DNA from: a virus | Taxonomy: Duplodnaviria; Heunggongvirae; Uroviricota; Caudoviricetes | Strand: one strand, 5' to 3' | Virus record (IMG/VR): IMGVR_UViG_3300035680_000003 | DNA: 64,000 nt | Shown: positions 20,382 to 27,843 of the stretch, piece after piece | Layout: every line of letters starts with the position of its first letter | Numbering within the stretch: position 1 is the first letter of the stretch | Made by a program: the position numbers and the translations under genes | The notes under the pieces: model-generated | The model's database searches: none | What the model was told of the DNA's origin: nothing | The model's input: the letters and a program-made list of their open reading frames with translations, nothing else

Positions 20382-20409
20382 ATTATACATTATTATTTAG
20401 GCGTGTCAA
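20382..20409 (-). promoter_or_regulatory. Sigma70-type promoter (with embedded TAAATA) upstream of queE
   Basis: Minus strand TTGACA-16 bp-TATAAT; the spacer contains TAAATA. Confidence 0.6.
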
Positions 20410-20427
20410 CTATAAAGGTAAAAATAA

Positions 20428-21279
20428 ATGAAAACAGTAGTAATCTGGCAGATACATAATTATTGCACAGGCGGCTGCGAATATTGTCCAAAAACATTTT
20501 GGGGAGGTGACAAACCTAGACACGTAGATGAATATCTAGCAGTAGCAAACACATTTATAGACCATTATGATAAAAAATTAGGAAGACATATTGACTGGAT
20601 ATTTAATGGTGGCGATCCGTTGGAATTTTTTGATTTCCCTGCACTGTTAAAACTATGTAAAGAAAATGGCGGAAATACTACACTACATACTGCCGGAGGA
20701 AAACTTTGGATGGATTGGTGGGCTATAGAACCTCATGTAGATTTTTTAAATCTTACATGCCACTCTTGGCAAAATTTAAATCTTATTAAATTTATTGTAA
20801 AAGCATTTCAAAAAAAATATAAACCATTTCATTTAGGTGTTCCTATTCGACCTGATTTTTTTGATGAAGATCTTAACCGCATAGATGAGCTCGAATCTTC
20901 ACTAGGAATTAAAGTTGGAAAAGAATTATTATATGTACAGGCTAGCAACTATCTAGGAAGATTAAACTATACCAAAGACCAGTTGATATATTTGTTTGGG
21001 GAAGAATGGGTTTTAAACAATCATGTCAGTGTTAACAAAACTTTTGAAGAAAGATCTGCAGAGAGTGTGCAGTCTAATCCTGTCTTTACAGGCAAACTAT
21101 GTAATACAGGTATAGAAAGAATTAATATAAGTGGAGAAGGTTGGGTCCGAGGAAGCGATTGTAATAATTCGCCTTTGGGAAATATATTTGATGGTAGTTT
21201 AGAACTACCATCTACTCCTCAAATTTGTAAAATGCAAGCCTGCATTTCGTCCGCAGATCAACTTATAACAAAATTTTAA
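20428..21279 (+). CDS. Radical SAM protein with C-terminal Cys cluster (SPASM/twitch-like)
   Basis: CxxxCxxC (CTGGCEYC), GGDP, and C-terminal CNTG...DC...GNI...CKMQAC. Inverted relative to its neighbours. Confidence 0.85.
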   Translation: MKTVVIWQIHNYCTGGCEYCPKTFWGGDKPRHVDEYLAVANTFIDHYDKKLGRHIDWIFNGGDPLEFFDFPALLKLCKENGGNTTLHTAGGKLWMDWWAIEPHVDFLNLTCHSWQNLNLIKFIVKAFQKKYKPFHLGVPIRPDFFDEDLNRIDELESSLGIKVGKELLYVQASNYLGRLNYTKDQLIYLFGEEWVLNNHVSVNKTFEERSAESVQSNPVFTGKLCNTGIERINISGEGWVRGSDCNNSPLGNIFDGSLELPSTPQICKMQACISSADQLITKF

Positions 21280-21551
21280 GTATTAAAAATATTAGACCAT
21301 TGTTTTAATTTTTCAATCTTAGCAGCTTTTGCAACTTCTAAGTGCTCTAACGATATTACATTCTTTTCCAACATAATATCGATCATTGCTAACATATCGC
21401 CTAATTCTTCTTCAAGGTGTTCTCGATTAGTTTTGGACTTACCTGGCTTGAAGTTGTCAATACCGAATCGACTAATCTTACTTACTGCTTGAATTACTTC
21501 AGCACATTCTTCTTGTAGAATGTCCATCACTTCTTTAGTTTGACTGTTCAT
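21276..21551 (-). CDS. mazG: MazG-like NTP pyrophosphohydrolase
   Basis: EECAE and EEELGD acidic helical motifs. Confidence 0.8.
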   Translation of the reverse strand: MNSQTKEVMDILQEECAEVIQAVSKISRFGIDNFKPGKSKTNREHLEEELGDMLAMIDIMLEKNVISLEHLEVAKAAKIEKLKQWSNIFNT

Positions 21552-21556
21552 TTATA

Positions 21557-21733
21557 TTATCCGTTATTGAGTTGTTCTTGGAATCTGCTAGTAAATGCAT
21601 CTTTTAGGCATGAGTATTTTTGTTGTGTCTTTGAGTTTACATAAAAGATCCAAGTTTGCTCGTTGATAATTTCTATATTTTTGATAATAAATGTTGTTCT
21701 ATCAGCCGATTGCCAGACACTTCCAATTTTCAT
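21557..21733 (-). CDS. Small hypothetical protein (58 aa, below ORF-track cutoff)
   Basis: MKIGSVWQSADRTTF...QEQLNNG; ATGA overlap with the cupin gene. Confidence 0.55.
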   Translation of the reverse strand: MKIGSVWQSADRTTFIIKNIEIINEQTWIFYVNSKTQQKYSCLKDAFTSRFQEQLNNG

Positions 21734-22188
21734 TTTACTGCCTTTTCTTCTAGATATTCTGTATTATGGATCCACTTATTCTTTACAAGAAAACCCCATT
21801 CTCGTTTTTGTGGACCAGGCATGAACATTGTCCAACAGTCTGTTCCTTCTTTAAGCTCAACACGGTGATAGCTATTAGCAGGGCAAATACGGCAGTGCCC
21901 AGGACCACGCCAATGCCGTGTTTCACTGATCTTGGCACCTTGTGAATCAAAGTTAGGAGTCCATTCATAATAACCGCCTTTTAAGATAAGTGTAGCGTAA
22001 GACCATGGATGATCATGTACATCATCGGGGTCTGACTTAAGAAACTTGTGAATGAACACATTAAAGGGGAAATGCTTTCTGTCTTTAAGAAAAATGTAGT
22101 AGCGTTCGAGGTAAGGTTCATTATTTTGTCTATCCATTACAATTCTTTTGCGACCAACACGTTCTAAAAAGTTTAGAAACCATTTCAT
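21730..22188 (-). CDS. Cupin-fold metal-binding protein
   Basis: HDHPW...GYYE and a downstream YHRV His, the two-motif cupin pattern. Confidence 0.75.
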   Translation of the reverse strand: MKWFLNFLERVGRKRIVMDRQNNEPYLERYYIFLKDRKHFPFNVFIHKFLKSDPDDVHDHPWSYATLILKGGYYEWTPNFDSQGAKISETRHWRGPGHCRICPANSYHRVELKEGTDCWTMFMPGPQKREWGFLVKNKWIHNTEYLEEKAVK

Positions 22189-23258
22189 TTGATCATCTCC
22201 AGTAATTTATTTGCACTAAAGAATAGTTCTGTTAAATCAGCTGCCTGCTTGCGAACCTGCGGCACCCGCTTGTCATAATGAGACATAGTAACAATAATGT
22301 GATGACATAATTCTTGTCTATGTGCTAGGTAACTGTTCCAGTCCTTAGTCCACTCACTAGGATATTTGAATCCTTCATAATACATTTCACTATAACTTAA
22401 TCTATCCGGCACCATAGGTATAGCATCTACTAATGCACCTTCGTAGCAACTAATACCCAGTGTCTCTTGCAAATTTGCACTGAAAATAATCTTAGCACGA
22501 CCTAGCAACTTGTGATATTCATGCTTGTCCAACTGCGTATCTTGACACACAATAAATTCATATTGTGGTAAGTGTGTAGCCAAGTCACGGAAAATTTCAA
22601 CCTGTTTCTCTGGAGCAATACGATGTGGGAACAAGATAAGATCATGCTTGGAACTGGTGTTATAGTTCTCTAAGGTATCAGCCATATATTCCATGGGCCA
22701 CCCTGTACGAACAATTTGCTTGTCCTGCATATAACGCATAGAACCTGTTCGGAAATCAATACCTAACAAATTTTCCATAAACATTTCAATATGAAATTTT
22801 GTTGCAAAATAGTTGTGATCAAATGCGTGGAAGAAACTCTTTTCGGCGTGTCTAACCCAGGGCCTGTTGCCAACAAGACGACCTAGGAAGTCTTGAGGGT
22901 CATAACTACCGGCGTGCCATAGTCCATGTGTTGTTACTGGAATACCCAGCAACTCACTCATATACTTGAGATTGATGATACCAGGGTGCCAAGCATCAGT
23001 AAATATAAAATGATCACCTGCATGAACGGCTCCGTCGCAAAATAGCCGACCCATCTGCTCAACCTGCCGAGCTTTGTAGATGTTTGTGCCGCCAAAATTA
23101 AGAAAAGCCCCAGGGGTAGTAGCACTAGGAATATCTGTGGGACCAGAGATAATTTGAACATTGTGTCCTGCCTTTTTAAGTAGATCAGGTACATGAGTCT
23201 TCCATTGACCCGTATACCTTGTCTCGACAGATTCTAAATCAACGAGAAAAATTGTCAT
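22185..23258 (-). CDS. GT-B fold glycosyltransferase (GT4-like)
   Basis: C-terminal LFPHRIAPEKQ...Y..LL.RAKIIFSANLQETLGISCYEG...PMVP matches the GT4 nucleotide-sugar binding region (ExFG/ExLG...E). Confidence 0.78.
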   Translation of the reverse strand: MTIFLVDLESVETRYTGQWKTHVPDLLKKAGHNVQIISGPTDIPSATTPGAFLNFGGTNIYKARQVEQMGRLFCDGAVHAGDHFIFTDAWHPGIINLKYMSELLGIPVTTHGLWHAGSYDPQDFLGRLVGNRPWVRHAEKSFFHAFDHNYFATKFHIEMFMENLLGIDFRTGSMRYMQDKQIVRTGWPMEYMADTLENYNTSSKHDLILFPHRIAPEKQVEIFRDLATHLPQYEFIVCQDTQLDKHEYHKLLGRAKIIFSANLQETLGISCYEGALVDAIPMVPDRLSYSEMYYEGFKYPSEWTKDWNSYLAHRQELCHHIIVTMSHYDKRVPQVRKQAADLTELFFSANKLLEMIK

Positions 23259-23481
23259 TGTTTTGGCCTCTAGGCTTATAATCCTTGCGGTAGTTTTTAC
23301 GATCGCCCTGATAAGGAGGACGAGAAAAATACCTGTATTCCTGTGACCTATACAAGTCTGAAGGGTTATAAGGAAGGAGGTTAAATCTGCAATGATCTAA
23401 CCAAGCATCGAGATCATCAAAGATCTTTTCAACTTCGGGTTTCATACGAAGAGTTTTCTGAATGTAGGCAGGTTGTGCCAT
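23239..23481 (-). CDS. Hypothetical protein
   Basis: 80 aa ORF overlapping the start of the glycosyltransferase gene. Confidence 0.6.
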   Translation of the reverse strand: MAQPAYIQKTLRMKPEVEKIFDDLDAWLDHCRFNLLPYNPSDLYRSQEYRYFSRPPYQGDRKNYRKDYKPRGQNNDNFSR

Positions 23482-23487
23482 AATGTT

Positions 23488-23889
23488 TTACCTTTGTGTA
23501 GTATTAAAGGGTTGAGGAAATTTAATGAAGCAGCCATTCTCGCCGTCTTCACTTACGTCAATCCAGATCTCACGACCTGGATATCTTGCCGAAATGGTTC
23601 CATGAAGATCACGGCTTATCATTTCACAGGATTTGTGGTTAAGTTCGAGTGTACCATCTGCATAGCAGTGCTCTAACCAACGCTTAAACTGAATAAACTC
23701 AATATCACGATCATCGTGAAATACTTGAATATAGATTTTAAAATGGAAAATGTGACGGTGCGGAGTACCGAGGAAACTAACATCGTACATGTTGCCTGTG
23801 GCAAGTTTGGGGTCTGTAGCCGCAGCCGGATACATATGAACACCCTCCTTACGAAAGGTGACCCAAATCATATTAAGTTCTTGATTCAT
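23488..23889 (-). CDS. QueD-like T-fold protein, DpdL-like (putative CDG decarboxylase)
   Basis: LGTPHRHIF, DRDIEF, SCE and VSEDGENG; T-fold size. The SCE and EDG-like elements parallel QueD. The LxxxHRHxF signature is my recollection for DpdL and needs an HMM check. Confidence 0.65.
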   Translation of the reverse strand: MNQELNMIWVTFRKEGVHMYPAAATDPKLATGNMYDVSFLGTPHRHIFHFKIYIQVFHDDRDIEFIQFKRWLEHCYADGTLELNHKSCEMISRDLHGTISARYPGREIWIDVSEDGENGCFIKFPQPFNTTQR

Positions 23890-24062
23890 TACTGTGCTTT
23901 AACCTTTGTGGTTTTTTTAGCGGGTGCCGATTTTTCAGGAAGATTATCTTTCATCATATTATAGATTTCCCATAACTTCCAGTCAATGCTTTCGAGCAAT
24001 TTAAATAATTTTTCTTCTGAACTTTGTTGATTTGCTTGTTTTGTAACTTTAGAGTTAATCAT
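23889..24062 (-). CDS. Small hypothetical protein (57 aa, below ORF-track cutoff)
   Basis: MINSKVTKQ...LLESIDWKLWEIYNMMK; ATGA and TAATG overlaps with both neighbours. Confidence 0.6.
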   Translation of the reverse strand: MINSKVTKQANQQSSEEKLFKLLESIDWKLWEIYNMMKDNLPEKSAPAKKTTKVKAQ

Positions 24063-24571
24063 TTTATTACCTTGTCGTTTTTATATTGTGCCCAGTCTGT
24101 AAACTTACTACGATCCATTAGTGTGTGTAGACTGTGGGACCATACACCGGGATTAGTTGCCTTAAAATCTTTGTCGTCAATCTTTAACATAGTGTTATAG
24201 TTCCAAAGACGAATGTAAGGAATAGGTACACGAATTTGTGGAATAAAATTATCACGCTCGCAAAGCCCGCCTTCGTGGAATTCTTCTACTTGGTGAATTG
24301 GAATATCCAATGAACACAGGTATTCTTTATCAAGGAAGAACATAATCATTTCTTCCCAGACTTTGTGTTCTTCGTAAGTTTGTGGATTATAACTATGATT
24401 TGCGCCAAAGAAAATATGCTCGCAACCTTGCAAGTTTAGTGCAATATGCTCGCTAGATTGAACTCCTGTAACAAACAATGTTTTCATGCCGTATGCAGGA
24501 GTGTGCTCAACTTCAGTACCAGTAAAGAAAATTACATCTTCACTAATACCTGTATCGTAATCACGCTTCAT
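24059..24571 (-). CDS. Enzyme-like hypothetical protein in the deazaguanine cluster
   Basis: 170 aa with GTEVEHTP, HIFFGANHS and KIDDKDF...NPGVW motifs; function not recognised. Confidence 0.7.
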   Translation of the reverse strand: MKRDYDTGISEDVIFFTGTEVEHTPAYGMKTLFVTGVQSSEHIALNLQGCEHIFFGANHSYNPQTYEEHKVWEEMIMFFLDKEYLCSLDIPIHQVEEFHEGGLCERDNFIPQIRVPIPYIRLWNYNTMLKIDDKDFKATNPGVWSHSLHTLMDRSKFTDWAQYKNDKVIK

Positions 24572-24845
24572 TTTTCTTCTTACGTTTAGTTTTAGTAGTA
24601 TTAACTTTAACAGAATTCTCGTACTCTGTCAAGGCTTTTTGGACATCTCTGAGTAATGCCTCATCGTCCCATTCTAAAACAGTTTTACCGTCTGGAAATG
24701 TAGTAACAGTTAAATGACTGCCTTTTACCACAGTGGGATCATTTGGAAATGTTAATCTAGCACTGCCAATAGTACCGGGCATTTCCATAGACTCTGATAT
24801 TTCGGCAGACATAATAATGTCTGTTTTCTTTTTACCTGTTGCCAT
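24561..24845 (-). CDS. Hypothetical protein
   Basis: 94 aa ORF in the operon. Confidence 0.55.
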   Translation of the reverse strand: MATGKKKTDIIMSAEISESMEMPGTIGSARLTFPNDPTVVKGSHLTVTTFPDGKTVLEWDDEALLRDVQKALTEYENSVKVNTTKTKRKKKNEA

Positions 24846-24846
24846 A

Positions 24847-25050
24847 TTATTCCTTAAAATAACTTTCCATTATGTCCAACTTGTCTTGATATTCAGCAAT
24901 CAATGCTACTTCTTTTTCAATAGCATCCATTAAGTCAGTATGGTCATGTAGTGCCATGGGATTGCTCAACATAATGTCTACATTCATTTTGTGCTTGAAA
25001 ATGTGTGCTTTAAAATGGTGTTTTAATACGCTAATAATTTCTTGTCTCAT
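24847..25050 (-). CDS. Hypothetical protein (small helical, T4-like phage type)
   Basis: 67 aa ORF coupled to the TGT-like gene. Confidence 0.6.
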   Translation of the reverse strand: MRQEIISVLKHHFKAHIFKHKMNVDIMLSNPMALHDHTDLMDAIEKEVALIAEYQDKLDIMESYFKE

Positions 25051-26705
25051 TCTATATCTCCTAATGTGCCTTCTTCAAGTTTTCGTAGTTCGTCGTCATC
25101 TGGGTTAGCAAGATCAATTTCTTCAACCTTAGTAACTTCTTCAATTTCGAACAAGTTATTAAACTTGTTTTGAGCAGGACCGCCTTGTAGTCGAGCACCT
25201 TCTAAACTACGCAGGAATGGACCAGCTTGTTCGATCATTGCAAATGCATCTGCTTTAGTAGCAGTATTAAATAAGTCTTCAACAAAGCTGTTGAAGTATA
25301 AGATATTACGGGGAACCCAATCACTAAACTCATCGCTCATATCCTGTCCCTTGACTTTCTTCCATTGCTTCCAAGTCAGCTTGTCTTTAGATTTAGCAAT
25401 CTCAATGTCCATTAATTGTTGAGCACGTTGAACAGCAACAATATGACATTCGACATTATGTCCCATCATCAATGCATAGGCAAAGCTATCCCAACTTGTT
25501 CTATTTGGAATCTTACCTAATTTGTTAAGTCTAGGTACAACATGGTAGTGTTCTGGTTCTAAATGGTTAAATTCAATTTTTCCACCACGTGGACCAAAAC
25601 CTAATTCTTCGTCTGTTTTACGAACGCCTAAATCGTAGTAGGCAATGTCAGCCATTGTTAGTCTGCGACCGATTGACGATTCGAAAGGGAACGGGATATC
25701 TGATCCTGATAGTGCTTTGTTATCTGGTGCCTTGTCCATAATAACACTCCACCTTTTTGGCGTGTGGACTGCGTTTGTGTAGACAAGTCCGTGCGCTGTT
25801 GCAATGAACGGTGAGGCGCAGTCAAAAGATATGGTAATTTCTTCATTGATGTGTTTCCTGATTTGTCTTTGAATTAAAGTTAAGTAGCAACTCCAGTCAA
25901 GTTGCGCTGTACCCAAGAAGTGGATCCAGTTTTTGCCCTTCAGCAAACCATCTTCTCTAAGTGTCATTAAACGCTTGAGAGTAATATCCATCTTGCACAT
26001 GTTAGCACCACCAAAGGCCCAACCTTCTGCTTCACGCCCTGCATACTTACCTGCCGGGTCGCTAAATTCTTTTACACCTGCATACCACTTTTCAGCAGTG
26101 TCCCAATCACTACCTTGCAGAACGTTGAGCCATTTAGTTTGACCCATTCTGTTCATCAAAAAGTAATCGTTATTGTATCGAGTCTTATCTAAGCAGTCAT
26201 CAAATGTCTTTAGTCCAGTTTTAGGACTGTGAATGTGATCACATGCCCATGTTGGAACGTCTAGCATCATTGACCAATCGGCTGTGACTTCGAGCCACTC
26301 GAGAATCTTCTGACGAGTCTTAGTAGCTTCCTTGCCTTCAAAGTCTAACCAGTCAAACTTAAGAACACCCTTACCAATCTGGTATCCACCTGAGTCGCCT
26401 AAGATCATAGTGTTATTACGATCACGCTGTTGAATCATGGACTCTTGTTCTAAACTCTTAGTAAGATCTAATTGTGCATGACCCGCAGAGTACAGACCGT
26501 ATTTGTAAGTAAAGTATCCTTGTTCAGGATTTAAAAAGTTCATACCTTCGATACCACGATCAAAACCTGCAGGAATACGATCTGTTGGTACGAATTCACC
26601 TAGTCGTTGTTTAGCAACATAGGTACTGTAGAAACTACTAATTGCAGGCAAATAGACTGCATAGTCTTTCTGTAATGGTGTTAGGTTAACTTGTTGTTTC
26701 GTCAT
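25047..26705 (-). CDS. dpdA: Guanine transglycosylase (TGT-fold), probable DNA-modifying DpdA-family enzyme
   Basis: TGT catalytic motifs appear in the correct order: DSGGYQ, MMLD, LQG, GWAFGG, IHFLG, SFDC and a late HN. Located between the polymerase/clamp genes and queE. Confidence 0.8.
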   Translation of the reverse strand: MTKQQVNLTPLQKDYAVYLPAISSFYSTYVAKQRLGEFVPTDRIPAGFDRGIEGMNFLNPEQGYFTYKYGLYSAGHAQLDLTKSLEQESMIQQRDRNNTMILGDSGGYQIGKGVLKFDWLDFEGKEATKTRQKILEWLEVTADWSMMLDVPTWACDHIHSPKTGLKTFDDCLDKTRYNNDYFLMNRMGQTKWLNVLQGSDWDTAEKWYAGVKEFSDPAGKYAGREAEGWAFGGANMCKMDITLKRLMTLREDGLLKGKNWIHFLGTAQLDWSCYLTLIQRQIRKHINEEITISFDCASPFIATAHGLVYTNAVHTPKRWSVIMDKAPDNKALSGSDIPFPFESSIGRRLTMADIAYYDLGVRKTDEELGFGPRGGKIEFNHLEPEHYHVVPRLNKLGKIPNRTSWDSFAYALMMGHNVECHIVAVQRAQQLMDIEIAKSKDKLTWKQWKKVKGQDMSDEFSDWVPRNILYFNSFVEDLFNTATKADAFAMIEQAGPFLRSLEGARLQGGPAQNKFNNLFEIEEVTKVEEIDLANPDDDELRKLEEGTLGDIE

Positions 26706-27057
26706 GTTCTTTACTTAATATTATTGTAGCATCTAGTTGTATCTTGGCTTTCTTTAAATTACCCAAGGCAATGTTAATAGCAGGGTGTTCTTTAGCCAAT
26801 ACTTCGAGCTGCAATTCTTCGTCACGCTTTTTTCGTGCCCAGTCAAGTAATGCTTCTGCCTCACTAGTTAATGCTACATTGGCAAAGTTTGAAGATACTT
26901 CTTTCCAAACTTGCCCGTCGTATACTTCTATGGTATTGATATTTGTATTATAGCGCAACATTCCCGCAGATTGCCCACCGGAAGGAATGTACGGATTCAT
27001 TGGACTACCTCCTTGTACCTGGAGATATCGACCTGAATGAGCTATTCCTTTTATCAT
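26686..27057 (-). CDS. Hypothetical protein
   Basis: 123 aa ORF coupled to the clamp gene. Confidence 0.6.
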   Translation of the reverse strand: MIKGIAHSGRYLQVQGGSPMNPYIPSGGQSAGMLRYNTNINTIEVYDGQVWKEVSSNFANVALTSEAEALLDWARKKRDEELQLEVLAKEHPAINIALGNLKKAKIQLDATIILSKEHDETTS

Positions 27058-27788
27058 GTCTGTGCAGGAATGATATACTTGTAAGTAGCTAAACCGCTGT
27101 CAAGTGTAATCTGTAGAGCACCTTCGTTGCTTAAACTCATCATAGTATTATTAACATCTGATGCTTTAAGAATTGCAAGTACGGGAGCAACAGGCCAAGT
27201 CCATCCTTTATTTAGGTTGCCGGTGACACCTGTAGCAAAAATAAATTCACCACCGTGGCTTGCTTGATCACCAAAAGTAAACTTCAACTTGTCACCATCT
27301 GTCTTAGCCAAGAAAGTTGTGTGCTCATTGTTAGCGGCTGCTTGAAACGCAAATCTTTGCACACTAGCTAAACTTGGAGCAACTTCAACATCCCACTTAA
27401 CACCACGGAACTTAACAGTCTTTAACTTTTCGTTAATGATTTCAGTGTTCATAAAGCGGTAGTCATTCTTAAAGTCGCCCCCTTTGTTTTCAAAGTGTAG
27501 GCCTGTTGGAATTTCTTCACCGTTGCGATCTTGTTTAACAACTTCAATCTTTGCATCTTCTTTGTATTCTGGGCAATCTAGCAAATACTTTAATTTGTTC
27601 ATTTGCGGCATACCAAAAACGCCAGTCATGTCTGCTTGCGGGCTAGCAGTTTCACCATACATAATAACTGTACGGTCATCGGCCATACTGTCGATAGTGG
27701 TCTTTTTATCGTCGCCTGTAATTTTAACGATGTTTAAGAAGCCCAGGCTATGTGTGTGGCTTACGATGTCTTGTAGAATGTCTTTCAT
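27054..27788 (-). CDS. Sliding clamp (gp45/PCNA-like processivity factor)
   Basis: 244 aa, two-domain beta/alpha pattern, immediately downstream of the polymerase; a clamp loader lies at 62628. Confidence 0.7.
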   Translation of the reverse strand: MKDILQDIVSHTHSLGFLNIVKITGDDKKTTIDSMADDRTVIMYGETASPQADMTGVFGMPQMNKLKYLLDCPEYKEDAKIEVVKQDRNGEEIPTGLHFENKGGDFKNDYRFMNTEIINEKLKTVKFRGVKWDVEVAPSLASVQRFAFQAAANNEHTTFLAKTDGDKLKFTFGDQASHGGEFIFATGVTGNLNKGWTWPVAPVLAILKASDVNNTMMSLSNEGALQITLDSGLATYKYIIPAQT

Positions 27789-27843
27789 ATTAATTCCTTT
27801 TGTTTAGTTTATTTAGATTTGCGAGTAAAGTCAATGATTATTT

